A stretch of DNA of 64,000 nucleotides, from positions 224,001 through 288,000 of the forward strand of contig JAJYUZ010000002.1 in the NCBI GenBank assembly GCA_021792255.1, written 5' to 3'. A program made the translations under genes and the position numbers. This stretch comes from Thermoplasmata archaeon (GTDB lineage: Archaea > Thermoplasmatota > Thermoplasmata > Thermoplasmatales > GCA-001856825). How positions within the stretch are numbered: position 1 is the stretch's first letter; the number at the start of each line of letters is the position of its first letter. This document shows, one piece after another, positions 30,061 through 40,691 of this stretch. Below the pieces are notes generated by a model that was given only the letters and a program-made list of their open reading frames with translations, did not search any database and was not told where the DNA came from.

Positions 30061-30657
30061 ATGAGCGTCATCAAGGCAGATATCGCGAACGTGCAGACCA
30101 TTGTAGACGCGATGGCAAGAGGACCAGTGGTTCTGCCGACCGAAACCCTATATGCCTTGGCGGTTCCGATAAGCAACAAATCAGGTTACGATGCGGTGTA
30201 CAAGCTCAAGAACATAAAAATGCAGACAGCGAGTCCTATAGGCTTCTACGGTCTGAGAGATATGGAAAAATATTGTGTGATGGACGAAGGCGCAAAGAAC
30301 ATAGTCAGGAAGATTTTGCCAGGTCCGTTGACGCTTATTCTGAGGTCTAAGATGGATGCTCACTGGGTGGTGAATGAACGGATTGCAGCAAGGATTTCCT
30401 CAAGTCTGCTCGTGAGAGAGATCGTAAGGAAAGTCGGACCCATCACTCTGGTTGGAGCAAACATAAGGGGATTCAGATCTTCATCAAACCTTCAAGAAAT
30501 AATCGGACAGTTCGGGAACAAAATAGATCTCTATGTCAATGGAGGAGAGATCAGCGGTATTCCTTCCGCTATCTACGACTATACGATAAAGAAAATGCTG
30601 AGGGACGGAGTGATCACCCTCAAGTCGATAAAGGAGGCAGAACGTGGAATACGATGA
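30061..30657 (+). CDS. YrdC/TsaC (Sua5 N-domain) family protein with degenerate motifs
   Basis: PTET.Y.L, PGPLTLIL, R.G.I retained; KxR and SAN altered. Confidence 0.8.
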   Translation: MSVIKADIANVQTIVDAMARGPVVLPTETLYALAVPISNKSGYDAVYKLKNIKMQTASPIGFYGLRDMEKYCVMDEGAKNIVRKILPGPLTLILRSKMDAHWVVNERIAARISSSLLVREIVRKVGPITLVGANIRGFRSSSNLQEIIGQFGNKIDLYVNGGEISGIPSAIYDYTIKKMLRDGVITLKSIKEAERGIR

Positions 30658-31507
30658 TTATGTTCAGTCGGGAAAGGTAGCTTCAAAGGCAAGACGGGAA
30701 GGATACAAAATGATAGAGGAAGGCTTTGAGCTCAGAAAGCTTGCGGATTATCTCGAAGACCTCATAAGGAGCGAGGGAGCAAATATAGGATTTCCCGTCA
30801 ATCTTTCCATCAACCACGAGGCAGCGCATTTTACCCCTGCCCCGGATACCGACGTGAGGTTTCAGCAAGGAGATCTGGTAAAGCTTGATCTGGGTGCGGA
30901 GATAAACGGATGTCTAGCAGATACGGCAGTGTCGAAAGAAGTGACTACCGATAAATGGACAAGCCTCATAAAGGCATCCGAAGAGGCCACGGAAAACGCA
31001 ATCAAAAAGGTGAAGGTAGGGGCCTTAACCTCTGAAATAGGAAGGGAAGTGGAAGCAACGATCAAGAGATATGGATACAACCCAATTTACAACCTCACCG
31101 GTCACACTCTTGAAAAATATGTACTTCACGCAGGCACTCCTTTTCCAAATTATGACGATGGATCAAGGGTCAGATTGTATCCCGGAATGACGTTTGCGAT
31201 TGAACCTTTTGCTACAACTGGTAAAGGAAGGGTCAAAGGTCTTGAATTTGGCAACATAATGCTCTGCCTGAAAGAGGACTCGGAGGACTCAATGAAGACT
31301 CTTAGGAAAGTGTCAAGAGGTCTACCATTCTCGATGAGGGACGCAGCAAGAACCTTTGAGAATTATGACTATGTGATAAAAGAGGCCCAGAAGAAGAAGT
31401 ATCTTTATTTTTATCCCATACTGAAAGAGACCAAGGGAGAAATGGTAGCGCAAACTGAACACTCCATCTTTCTAAGAGAAGACGGCCCAGTCATAACAAC
31501 TTTGTAA
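30644..31507 (+). CDS. map: Methionine aminopeptidase type II
   Basis: FPVN.S.N..AAH.T, KLD.G, DTA, GH, AIEPF, Q.EH. Confidence 0.95.
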   Translation: MEYDDYVQSGKVASKARREGYKMIEEGFELRKLADYLEDLIRSEGANIGFPVNLSINHEAAHFTPAPDTDVRFQQGDLVKLDLGAEINGCLADTAVSKEVTTDKWTSLIKASEEATENAIKKVKVGALTSEIGREVEATIKRYGYNPIYNLTGHTLEKYVLHAGTPFPNYDDGSRVRLYPGMTFAIEPFATTGKGRVKGLEFGNIMLCLKEDSEDSMKTLRKVSRGLPFSMRDAARTFENYDYVIKEAQKKKYLYFYPILKETKGEMVAQTEHSIFLREDGPVITTL

Positions 31508-32072
31508 CCTGTCTGTCCACTTCAGCGTACAGCTGGTCCAAGCTCCCGTTGCTGTCCACGTACACAAGGTTGTGTATCTTTCCCTTAAGGCTGTAATAAA
31601 GATTTTGGACTCCCTCAAGGTACTCCTTCTTCTCAAACCTTGATGCTGCTCCTCGCCTCATCACTCTTCGAAGTGCTATTTCAACGTCACAGTACAGCAC
31701 GAATACGTGAGTGGGCAATACGGGAAGCAGTTTAGCAGTGCTTACAAAGAACTCATAATAGTGGTCCACATCTTCAAACAGCCTGCTCAGGTAGTATCCC
31801 TGATAAGCGTAGCTGGAATAGAGCGATCGATCAGATACGACATTTCCCGGACTCTTTTTATCCCTCAGCATGACCGCCCTGTCCGCCATGAATAAGAAGA
31901 AATCAGTCACAGGATCCCAGTTGTTTTCGGATATCAGTGAACCAATACGACCTGTGGACGGCTCCTGTACAACGGAGAAATTAAACTTCTCAACAATGTG
32001 TTTAGCGACATACGTCTTTCCTGTTCCGTCAATTCCTTCAATCGCGAGATAGATGCTAGAAGAACGAGTCAA
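31491..32072 (-). CDS. tmk: Thymidylate kinase
   Basis: EGIDG.GKT P-loop, EP, ADR, SDR...SS.AYQ. Confidence 0.92.
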   Translation of the reverse strand: MTRSSSIYLAIEGIDGTGKTYVAKHIVEKFNFSVVQEPSTGRIGSLISENNWDPVTDFFLFMADRAVMLRDKKSPGNVVSDRSLYSSYAYQGYYLSRLFEDVDHYYEFFVSTAKLLPVLPTHVFVLYCDVEIALRRVMRRGAASRFEKKEYLEGVQNLYYSLKGKIHNLVYVDSNGSLDQLYAEVDRQVTKLL

Positions 32073-33066
32073 TGCTACGTTGCACCCCCTGCTTCCTGGC
32101 TTCTTTCACTCTGTTCAGGGCCGATGTGACTCTTTCCTGTGCGAAGTCGTGGCCCGTTACCAGAATGTCAATCACTTTTTGCTCATTCAGTTCCGGTATC
32201 CTTATGTGTCCAGGATCTACCACTTCAGGATTCAAGAAAATGTTCCTAATCTCATCGTAATTCTCTATCTTAATATTGGATATGTTTTTTAGCGAACCAT
32301 TCTTTTTTATTAGTTGATATGCCTTCTTGGGTCCAATCCCCTTTACGCCATCATTAAAATCGGTACCAATAAGAATCCCCATGTCTATCAGCTGTTCCCT
32401 GGTGATTCCCAGCTTCCTGAGAATTTCATCATTCACTATTATCTCGGGCTTCACATCGATTAACCTGCCAGTTCTTCCGTATCTTCTCTTTCCGCTAATA
32501 GTGAGATTCCTGATAAGGCGTGGAGAGCCAAACAAAAGTGAATCGTAGTCTTGAGATACGGCGGAATAGACGGATCCAAGTCTGCAGAGAAATGAGGCCT
32601 CTGCCTCTCCCTCCGAGGGGGCATCTATGACCGCTATTCCTATGGAGTTGAGAAGTTCTTTGGACTCGGAAATCATCTCCCCAGTGAGTCTAGAAGTCCT
32701 GGACGCAAAGCTCTTCGCACGCTCATAATCTCCCATCGCCAATGAGAGACGGTATTCTTCTTCCGCCTTCTCCTTCAGCGCGATTCTTTCTTTTATTGTC
32801 TTATCTTTTAATGCTGGAGGCTTCCCATCGAAAACGTAAACTGGTATGACGCCTGTCTCCAAGAGACTAATGTTTCTGTAGAAGAGTCCGGAGAGGTGCG
32901 AAGTTATCTTGCCGTGTTTATCCTTTAGAGGACTGCCGTCGTACTCCCTTATATTGCTCAAGAACTGGTATATAACATTGAAAGCGTCTATTGCCAGCAT
33001 CCTTCCCTTGAGGGTCTTTAGATCGACTTCGCTCGATTCGAGCAGAGAAGAAATGTCTACTCCCAT
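32056..33066 (-). CDS. fen: Flap endonuclease 1
   Basis: MGV, YQFL..IR..DG, EGEA, SQD.D, GTDFN, C-terminal PIP box Q.SIDSFF. Confidence 0.97.
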   Translation of the reverse strand: MGVDISSLLESSEVDLKTLKGRMLAIDAFNVIYQFLSNIREYDGSPLKDKHGKITSHLSGLFYRNISLLETGVIPVYVFDGKPPALKDKTIKERIALKEKAEEEYRLSLAMGDYERAKSFASRTSRLTGEMISESKELLNSIGIAVIDAPSEGEAEASFLCRLGSVYSAVSQDYDSLLFGSPRLIRNLTISGKRRYGRTGRLIDVKPEIIVNDEILRKLGITREQLIDMGILIGTDFNDGVKGIGPKKAYQLIKKNGSLKNISNIKIENYDEIRNIFLNPEVVDPGHIRIPELNEQKVIDILVTGHDFAQERVTSALNRVKEARKQGVQRSIDSFF

Positions 33067-33098
33067 CTGATTTATATAAGGAAATCAGGCTAAAAAAC

Positions 33099-33767
33099 CT
33101 ATTCAATTCCCTTTTCGGTAATGATGAACGAGCATTTCACATCTTCTGAAATACTCCTATGTTTGACAACGACAAGCTCTCTCCTCCCACCGCCGAGTTT
33201 CTGTAACCTGAAAATTGCCTTCGCTATGTGTGATAACGCGCTTCCTCCAACCGGCTGCGCTTCGCTAGTGGTCCTGTCCATATAGACCTGGTTGACGAGA
33301 ATCACAGGAATGTTCTTGGAGAGAGCTATGTTGTTTAGCATCTCAATCTGTGTAATGAGGGTGTTGGAAGTCTTCTTCCTGAGTTCTGCCCTTATCTCTC
33401 TTTCTACACGATAGTGAACGGTTATAGTGTCAAAGACAAGAAGGGCTACGTCGCTCATCGATTGGATTAAGTTAATAATTTTTGGAACCGATTCCAGCTG
33501 TTCTTCGTAACTCCTTATCCTGAAGAACTTTAGGTTGGAAAGAGAAGACTCCTCACCAGTCATTTGGGAGATCCTCTCAGTCGAAACTCCTTCAGTATCG
33601 ATAAATATTACCTTTCCGACTTCGGTAGACTTGATTGACGTAAAAAGGACTAGATTTGTCTTTCCAGATCCCGGCTCTCCATAAATCTCGGTTATTATCC
33701 CTTTCTCAAAGCCACCCTCGATGCATTTGTCTAATCGTGCTAAACCCGTGGAAAGTCTATCTTTCAT
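33099..33767 (-). CDS. radB: DNA repair and recombination protein RadB
   Basis: GEPGSGKT, IDTEG, NQV, KHRS basic patch; no N-terminal domain. Confidence 0.92.
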   Translation of the reverse strand: MKDRLSTGLARLDKCIEGGFEKGIITEIYGEPGSGKTNLVLFTSIKSTEVGKVIFIDTEGVSTERISQMTGEESSLSNLKFFRIRSYEEQLESVPKIINLIQSMSDVALLVFDTITVHYRVEREIRAELRKKTSNTLITQIEMLNNIALSKNIPVILVNQVYMDRTTSEAQPVGGSALSHIAKAIFRLQKLGGGRRELVVVKHRSISEDVKCSFIITEKGIE

Positions 33768-34381
33768 TTTAGGTCTTTCAGAACTCTGGTCAGTTCCCGA
33801 AGGTCGTTACCACGTACTATGCAATCCACAAAATCAAAGTCAGAGTCGGAATTAAAAAGTATCGAATAATCTGAACTCTTGAACATATCCTTGTCCCACT
33901 CTGAATCTCCTACTGAAACTTTCTTACCGTCGTACTTCTCCAGGAATCGCCCCTTTTCATGCGGGTTCACGATTGCTTTTCCTCCCTTAAGAACGTCCTT
34001 TTCGAAGACCAAGGCGTTGGAGTATATATCATCGAGGTCAAAATATTCCCTCGCCTTTGAAACAATGACGTCTATACCTCCAGAGATGGCTATCTTGTTT
34101 CCCTTGAACTCCTTCAGAAACTCCCTGAGATACTGAAAGTTTGGATTGGGCGCTATATCATTTGCGATCTTCTGAAAATCACTTCTCGTTATCTCTCTTT
34201 TCTTTCCAAGCCACAAGTTCACGTCACGGTCGATGAACTCCTGGTACTCTATGTCGCCATTCAAGAAAGCACGAAGCGATTCCTCATTTTCTACTCCGAA
34301 ATAATTATGAATAGTGTTCCAGCTGCTCTTTGGTTTGAGAAGCACTCCGTCGACATCAAAAGCAATGAGGGAAGGCCGCAT
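33764..34381 (-). CDS. HAD-IB phosphatase (phosphoserine phosphatase-like)
   Basis: FDVDGVL, ISGG, K, GDS..D. Confidence 0.85.
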   Translation of the reverse strand: MRPSLIAFDVDGVLLKPKSSWNTIHNYFGVENEESLRAFLNGDIEYQEFIDRDVNLWLGKKREITRSDFQKIANDIAPNPNFQYLREFLKEFKGNKIAISGGIDVIVSKAREYFDLDDIYSNALVFEKDVLKGGKAIVNPHEKGRFLEKYDGKKVSVGDSEWDKDMFKSSDYSILFNSDSDFDFVDCIVRGNDLRELTRVLKDLK

Positions 34382-34422
34382 TGTTATGGCATAATTACTG
34401 GCTATAAGAATTTGCTATGAAG

Positions 34423-34546
34423 TGGAGGCGGCGAACCGCATTTCCCATGCCCTCGCGGAACACAGTACGCGTGCGGAACGTGGACGGGCTTAACCTTCGG
34501 GTTCGGAATGAGACCGGGTGTTTCCCCGTCGCTATGGCCGTCAACC
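34423..34546 (-). rRNA. rrf: 5S rRNA (unlinked)
   Basis: Minus strand GGCCATAGC...GAAACACCCGGTCTCATTCCGAACCCGAAGGTTAAGCC...GTACTG...GCGAG...GGGAAA; ~123 nt. Confidence 0.95.
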
Positions 34547-34593
34547 GACAAGACATAGGGAAAGACTATTTTATTCTTTCTTTTCCTCTGCAC

Positions 34594-35448
34594 TTAGACT
34601 CGAACGAAGGTATTCCTTAGCGTTCCCAGGCCTTCAATGCTCACATCCACATTGTCCCCGGGCTTCAACCAGTGGTCTTCTTTATCCTCCATTCCCAGTA
34701 TCACGCCCTCTGGAGTTCCGGTCGAGATAACGTCTCCTGGTTCTAGTGTCAAATAACGTGAAATGTACGAAATGAGCTTGCCAACCGAGAATATCATGTT
34801 AGCAGTGTTGGAGTCCTGTCTGGTCGATCCATTTACCATCGTTTTGATCCAGAGATTCTGCGGATCCTCGATTTCGTCTCTCGTCACGATGGATGGACCA
34901 TTTGGATAAAAGCCATCGAGAGTTTTTCCAAGGAGATATTGAGAGGTTCTGAACTGTAATTCCCTCGAGGATACGTCATTTCCTATGAAATAACCAAAGA
35001 CGTATCTTTCGAAATCGCTACCTACGTCCTTTGCAAGTTTACCTATGATCACTCCTAGTTCACCCTCGTAATCCACCTTAAGATCAGACCCAAAAATCTT
35101 GATCTCATCTAAATGACCCGCAAGTGAATTAGAATATTTGCTGAAAAGGACTGGATATTCGGGCTTCTTTTTTCCTGTCTCCTCTATGTGCGACAGATAA
35201 TTAAGACCGACGCAAATGATCTTACCGGGATTACCGACTACGGGGGCGAATCCAAAGTTCTTTGACTCCAGATAAGAATAGTTCCCCTTTTTCAATTCTT
35301 CTTTGATTCGAGAAACTTGGGCAAAAACATCGGCCAGGTCAGTTTCGTTTTCCCGTTTGTTCAACAGTTCAGCCACTGAAACGTACTTTCCTTCAACCTC
35401 TACTGCTAAGGTCACTTTGCTACCAACTTTCAGACGAAAGAATCTCAT
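34594..35448 (-). CDS. Fumarylacetoacetate hydrolase family protein
   Basis: ICVGLNY..H, DYEGEL, NDVS.R, GK..D, GD.I.TGTP.GV. Confidence 0.93.
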   Translation of the reverse strand: MRFFRLKVGSKVTLAVEVEGKYVSVAELLNKRENETDLADVFAQVSRIKEELKKGNYSYLESKNFGFAPVVGNPGKIICVGLNYLSHIEETGKKKPEYPVLFSKYSNSLAGHLDEIKIFGSDLKVDYEGELGVIIGKLAKDVGSDFERYVFGYFIGNDVSSRELQFRTSQYLLGKTLDGFYPNGPSIVTRDEIEDPQNLWIKTMVNGSTRQDSNTANMIFSVGKLISYISRYLTLEPGDVISTGTPEGVILGMEDKEDHWLKPGDNVDVSIEGLGTLRNTFVRV

Positions 35449-35594
35449 GTAATTCAATGACTTAGTGCGTTCAAGATATAGAAATCATCGAGAACTGAGT
35501 AAATTGCCGGTCAGATCGCTGGTTATTTTTAATGAATTGAGATAAGAAAATAAGAAAAACTCAACTCAGTAGGTACTCATCTCTACCGAATTTA

Positions 35595-37253
35595 CTACAG
35601 CCTCTTCCTCAATTCATCCTTCTGTGCTTTTCCAACGGGATTTCTTGGGATGGAGGTCACCTCTTCCACTCTCTCTGGCCACTTGTATATTGCAACGTCA
35701 TTAGCCTTCATGATACCCTTAATTTCATCAAGTCCTAGCTTCTCGCCAGGCTTGGGAACGACAAAAAGACAGACTTTTTCTCCGAGTACCTCGTCAGGCA
35801 GAGGAACGGCAGCAGCATCAGCTATTCTCGGATCCCTCTTTGCAATGTCCTCAATTTCTGCGGAACTTATGTTGAAACCTCCTCGAATAATGATATCTTT
35901 CAGTCTATCAAAAAAGGATATCCTGTCGTTAGACACGATGGTGAACAAATCACCCGTATGGAAAAATCCGTCTTTGTCGAACACGTGACTTGTCAGATTG
36001 GGCTGATTGAAGTATTCTGGAATTGTGAATGGGCTTCGGAAGCATAGCTCACCAATGCTACCTATTTTAGTGGTCTCTTTTCCCGTGTCCGGATCCACTA
36101 TCTTTGTTTCCGTCGCCTTGAAGAAGGGTATATCTTCCATCTTTCCCGGTCCAGGCCAGGGAAAGCTTCTTGCTCTATCCGAGAGATCCCGGACACTGTC
36201 TTTAGTAGAGAAAAGTCCTGTCCCTTCATTCTGCCCCCATACGTTGATCGACTCTATCCCCCATCTCTTCTTGAATTCCAGGAAGGTCCATGGAGGTGGG
36301 GGAGCCGATCCTTGAACGAAAAATTCCGTTGCCTTCAAGTCAAACTTATCCACGTCCGGATGCTTGAGCATCGCCACTGCAACGGCAGGTGGGGCAAGGG
36401 TAAAGTTGACCTTTTCCCCTACCAGCTGTTTGAGGTACAAAACAGGGTCGAATGGGTGGTGAAGGACAAAGGTTCCCGATACCATCAACCAAGGAACGAC
36501 TCCCACACCTATTCCCGTCATATTTACAAGGGGTGCTGGATTCATGATGATAGCGCCATCGCTGAGGATTCCGCCCTTGAATTCTTTCCTGTAAAAGAAT
36601 CTCAGAAAACCCCAGTTGTTGTGGCTCATAGGACACGCCTTTGGTTCCTTCTCGGTCCCCGATGTCCATTCTATTACGGCGACATCGTTTCCCCGAATTT
36701 CGTTGGTAGCTCTGTCCAGATCGGATGAGACTGGCTCATTTTTCATTGCTTCTCTAATTTCTTCAAGGGAGAACAAGTAGAGGCTTTTCGAGCTCCCAGT
36801 GTCCAGATTCTTAACCATATCAAGATGGTCAAAGTTTTTGAATTTTGTTGAAACAAAGGCCGAAGCCCTTGTGGTCTCCACGACGCTCTTTAGTTCGTGC
36901 GACCTCCACTGCATTGGCACGGGAGAAATTATCCCCCCAAACCGCCACACTGCCAGATAGGTTATCAGTAGTTCGTTTATGTTCGGTAGCTGAATTACCA
37001 CCACTTTGTCCTTTGTTAGACCCTTACGCAGGAAAAAGGAAGAAAGTCTGTCAACCCTTTCATTAAGTTCATGGTAGTTTATCCTTTCGGGCTTTATCCC
37101 AACAAGATCTTCCTTGTTTGGAGGATCCACTATTGCAGTCCTGTTCGGATTTCTGGATGCGCTCTCAAGAAACCTTCCGATTAGCGTCCTGTCGTCCCAC
37201 CATCCTTCCCTGCTGTATTTTTCGGCCCTCTCTTTTGAAACAAGAACAACCAT
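35595..37253 (-). CDS. AMP-dependent acyl/aryl-CoA synthetase
   Basis: TSGT...PK, WG..EG, F.TGD, DR.KD.I.RGG, P....GK. Confidence 0.92.
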   Translation of the reverse strand: MVVLVSKERAEKYSREGWWDDRTLIGRFLESASRNPNRTAIVDPPNKEDLVGIKPERINYHELNERVDRLSSFFLRKGLTKDKVVVIQLPNINELLITYLAVWRFGGIISPVPMQWRSHELKSVVETTRASAFVSTKFKNFDHLDMVKNLDTGSSKSLYLFSLEEIREAMKNEPVSSDLDRATNEIRGNDVAVIEWTSGTEKEPKACPMSHNNWGFLRFFYRKEFKGGILSDGAIIMNPAPLVNMTGIGVGVVPWLMVSGTFVLHHPFDPVLYLKQLVGEKVNFTLAPPAVAVAMLKHPDVDKFDLKATEFFVQGSAPPPPWTFLEFKKRWGIESINVWGQNEGTGLFSTKDSVRDLSDRARSFPWPGPGKMEDIPFFKATETKIVDPDTGKETTKIGSIGELCFRSPFTIPEYFNQPNLTSHVFDKDGFFHTGDLFTIVSNDRISFFDRLKDIIIRGGFNISSAEIEDIAKRDPRIADAAAVPLPDEVLGEKVCLFVVPKPGEKLGLDEIKGIMKANDVAIYKWPERVEEVTSIPRNPVGKAQKDELRKRL

Positions 37254-37333
37254 ACAATGAATATTAACTTCCTCAGGTTAATATCTTTTTGTGCGGCTAA
37301 CTTCTCAAGACATTCCCAATATTTAGAGTGGAT

Positions 37334-39298
37334 TCACTTACCCGTCCACCTTGGCTTTCTCTTTTCAAGGAATGCTTTCTGTCCTTCTATAAAGTCGTTA
37401 GAGGAAACCAGGCCCGTAAGTGCCCTTTCACCTGAGGAAATGTTTTGGGAGAAGTTATTTTTAACTCCATTCAGAGTTTCCTTGATTTTTTGAGATGAGA
37501 GGGGTGCAATCTTAGAGAATCTATCTGATAGCTCATTCATAATCACTGCAAGTTGCTCCTTGGGTACGACTATGTCGACGATACCGAGTTCCATTGCTTC
37601 ATGAGCAGAAAATGACTCTCCTGTAAGCGCGAACCTGCCAAGCTTTCTGCTGATGGCTCCGACTCCATACGATGAGGCAATTGGTGGCATTGCACCTATC
37701 AGACCTTCGGGCAATGAGAAGACTGCGTCTTCGCTAGCCACTACTACGTCTAGAAGCATGTTGATTTCACACCCTCCTCCATAGGCCAGTCCGTTGACCA
37801 GTGAGACCACGGGTTTCGGGTAGTTCATGATCTTGTTGATGAGAGGATGTGCATGCTTTTCCATCCAGGCATCTGCATCTTCCGGCCCGTTCCAGTTCTT
37901 CATCATTTCGATATCATCTCCTGCACTGAATGCCCTGCCATTTCCCGTTATGAAAACTGACCGGACACTATCATCTTTAACGGCGTGCTCAAGACCATCC
38001 AGCATGCCCTTCCATGTAGCCTCGTTTAAAGCGTTCAATCTATCCGGTCTGTTGAGCATAAGCAGCACAAAATTTTCCATTTTCTTGTAATTCACTGGAC
38101 CAAACGTTGTCTCCTCAAATTTCCATCTCTTGAAACCTTCTCCAGTTTTTCTACCCAGTTTCTTTCTATCCAGCATCTCTAGAAGGAGAGGGTCAGGATC
38201 ATACCTGGACTCATCATAAGCGGAATGTCTCTTGTTCAGAACATCAACAACTTCGTCAAGTCCGAATTTATCGGCCATTGTAAATGGTCCGTCAGGCCAG
38301 TTCATTGCCTTCGTCATAGCCTTTTCGACATCCTCCATGCTTGCCACTCCATTCCTGACGATCCAGGCAGCCTCATTAATTGCCAGACCGACCAATCTTA
38401 CTGGATTAACTCTGTACATCCCCTCTGTCGGAATCAGTGGCGGACGTTCATACAAGTTCGGCCCAGAATATTTATAAAAACCTTCACCGCTCTTCATTCC
38501 AATTTTTCCCGATTCAACTTTCTCTTTCAATATACTAGATGACCTTGTATTGAATCCTCTGCTGATAAGTTCCTTGTTGGCTAGGTAGGCTGTATCGATG
38601 CCCACAAAATCTAGAAGTTCACACACACCCATGGGAAAATTTAGTCTGAATCTTACCATTGCGTCAAGGTCTTCTTTCTTCACACCCTCCTCTAGAAACG
38701 TCATTGACTCCGTGATTACCCTATCATTCAGTCTGTTTATTACAAATCCCGGTACGTCCTTCTTGACGATTACATAATCTCTTCCAAGTGCTCTCACAAG
38801 GTCCTCTGTCCTTCGTACCGTGGCATCACCCGTTTTGTCACCCCTTATTATCTCTATGAGAGGCATCATAACAGGAGGATTCGAAAAATGAAGGCCAATG
38901 AACCTTTCCTCCTTCGTGGTCATGGATGCAAGTTCGGATATTGGAATGGTCGAAGTGTTTGAGGATATTATGCAATCTTCAGCGATGACTTCACTAAGTT
39001 TTTCCAACACAACCTTCTTGACACCTGAATCTTCTTTGACGGCTTCGATTAAATATTCTACGGACCTCAAATCTCTCAGGGTGGTGGTCGTTCTTATTCT
39101 GGAAAAGATATCGTTCGTGGCTTCTCTCAGGACTTTCTTCTTTGAAAGACTCTCAAGACTCCATTTGATTTTCTGCCTAGCGTTTGAAAGGACTTCATCA
39201 CTGATATCAGATAGAAGAACATCGAATCCAGCAATGGCACAGAGTTCAGCTATCCCATGACCCATAACTCCAGCGCCTACAACTCCGACTCTTTTCAT
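37334..39298 (-). CDS. 3-hydroxyacyl-CoA dehydrogenase / enoyl-CoA hydratase fusion (archaeal order)
   Basis: GAG.MG.GIA, SNTS, HF.NP, duplicated C-domain, then crotonase NRP...NAL, FSAG.D, GGG.E. Confidence 0.93.
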   Translation of the reverse strand: MKRVGVVGAGVMGHGIAELCAIAGFDVLLSDISDEVLSNARQKIKWSLESLSKKKVLREATNDIFSRIRTTTTLRDLRSVEYLIEAVKEDSGVKKVVLEKLSEVIAEDCIISSNTSTIPISELASMTTKEERFIGLHFSNPPVMMPLIEIIRGDKTGDATVRRTEDLVRALGRDYVIVKKDVPGFVINRLNDRVITESMTFLEEGVKKEDLDAMVRFRLNFPMGVCELLDFVGIDTAYLANKELISRGFNTRSSSILKEKVESGKIGMKSGEGFYKYSGPNLYERPPLIPTEGMYRVNPVRLVGLAINEAAWIVRNGVASMEDVEKAMTKAMNWPDGPFTMADKFGLDEVVDVLNKRHSAYDESRYDPDPLLLEMLDRKKLGRKTGEGFKRWKFEETTFGPVNYKKMENFVLLMLNRPDRLNALNEATWKGMLDGLEHAVKDDSVRSVFITGNGRAFSAGDDIEMMKNWNGPEDADAWMEKHAHPLINKIMNYPKPVVSLVNGLAYGGGCEINMLLDVVVASEDAVFSLPEGLIGAMPPIASSYGVGAISRKLGRFALTGESFSAHEAMELGIVDIVVPKEQLAVIMNELSDRFSKIAPLSSQKIKETLNGVKNNFSQNISSGERALTGLVSSNDFIEGQKAFLEKRKPRWTGK

Positions 39299-39509
39299 AA
39301 TGAAAGCACAAATGATGCATTGTTTCCTGCGATATTAACGATTTTGGAGCCGTTATATTGGTCGATTACGATGGCGCGAGATCCTGGTTTAAGGAGAGGG
39401 AAGATAGGGAAAGAACATGAAAATGTGCAATGTGGTTTTCCGAAGAGTAGCCAGTGCAAATCTGAAAAAGCACAGGAACGCTTAAGTAACCATCGGGATT
39501 TTAAAATTC

Positions 39510-40691
39510 ATGAAGAGGGAAATTTCAGAGGCTTACATTATTGATTCCATAAGAACTCCACTTGGAAAGAGAAATGGATCACTGAAAGATGTACATCCAG
39601 TAGATTTGCTTGCCGGTCAACTGAATGCGGTAGTCGCGAGAAATGGAATACAACCTGAGGCCATCGAGGACGTGATAATAGGCTGCGTTTCTCAGATAGG
39701 GGAACAGGGTGCTAATGTTGCAAGGAATGCTGTTCTTTCTGCTGGATTTCCTGAATCGATGCCCGGAACGACCGTAGATAGGCAGTGTGGTTCCAGCCTT
39801 CAAGGTATTCAATTTGCAGTTCAGGGGGTCCAATCAGGGTTCTATGATCTAGTGATAGCAGGCGGGGTAGAATCAATGAGTCGCATTCCGATTGGTAGCA
39901 ACATATCTCCGGACAAAAACCCAATTACGAAGAGTATCGGAGAAAGATACTCCCTAAATGGTCAATGGTTCAGCCAAGCGTACGGTGCGCAGCTCATTGC
40001 CAAGAAGTATGAATTTAAGAGGGAAGAACTAGATACATTCAGTCTTAGGAGTCATCAGCTCGCCGCCAAGTCGCGGGATCATTTTCGCAAGGAGATAATA
40101 CCGGTCACTGTAACCGGTAATTTGGGAAGCGAAGCCAAAGTGACGGAATTAGATTTTGACGAAGGAGTCCGTCCTAACACAACACTTGAGAAAATGATGA
40201 GTCTGCCTCCAGCTTTCAATGGACTCGATCTCATCACTGCGGGAAATTCCAGTCAGATAACGGACGGTGCTAGCGTCACACTGATAGCCTCGGAAAGGGC
40301 GGTAGCAAAGTATGGTCTTAGGCCTCTTGCAAGATTCCTTTCTTTCTCGGTTGTTGGTGTAGATCCCATTACAATGCTTACAGGCCCTATACCTGCAACC
40401 AGAAAGGCGCTGGACAGGGCTGGGGTAACGAAAGAACAGATAGATGTCTTCGAGGTCAACGAGGCATTTTCTCCGGTACCTCTTGCTTGGCTTCATGAAT
40501 TCGATGTTCCAATCAATAAGCTGAATCCTCACGGAGGGGCAATTGCGTTAGGGCATCCGCTTGGGGCGACGGGCTCCCGTCTCGTCGCTACAATCCTGAA
40601 TGGTCTTCGATCTTCGGGAGGAAAGTTAGGTCTGATAGCAATTTGTGAAGGCGGTGGTATGGCAAATTCGGCAGTTCTGGAATTAGTATAA
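39510..40691 (+). CDS. Thiolase (acetyl-CoA C-acyltransferase)
   Basis: RQCGS, NEAF, GHPLGATG, CEGGG. Confidence 0.95.
   Translation: MKREISEAYIIDSIRTPLGKRNGSLKDVHPVDLLAGQLNAVVARNGIQPEAIEDVIIGCVSQIGEQGANVARNAVLSAGFPESMPGTTVDRQCGSSLQGIQFAVQGVQSGFYDLVIAGGVESMSRIPIGSNISPDKNPITKSIGERYSLNGQWFSQAYGAQLIAKKYEFKREELDTFSLRSHQLAAKSRDHFRKEIIPVTVTGNLGSEAKVTELDFDEGVRPNTTLEKMMSLPPAFNGLDLITAGNSSQITDGASVTLIASERAVAKYGLRPLARFLSFSVVGVDPITMLTGPIPATRKALDRAGVTKEQIDVFEVNEAFSPVPLAWLHEFDVPINKLNPHGGAIALGHPLGATGSRLVATILNGLRSSGGKLGLIAICEGGGMANSAVLELV

Noticed and set aside
34402-34730. Short ORFs 34402-34593, 34417-34620 and 34518-34730
   Set aside because: They overlap the 5S rRNA gene; spurious.
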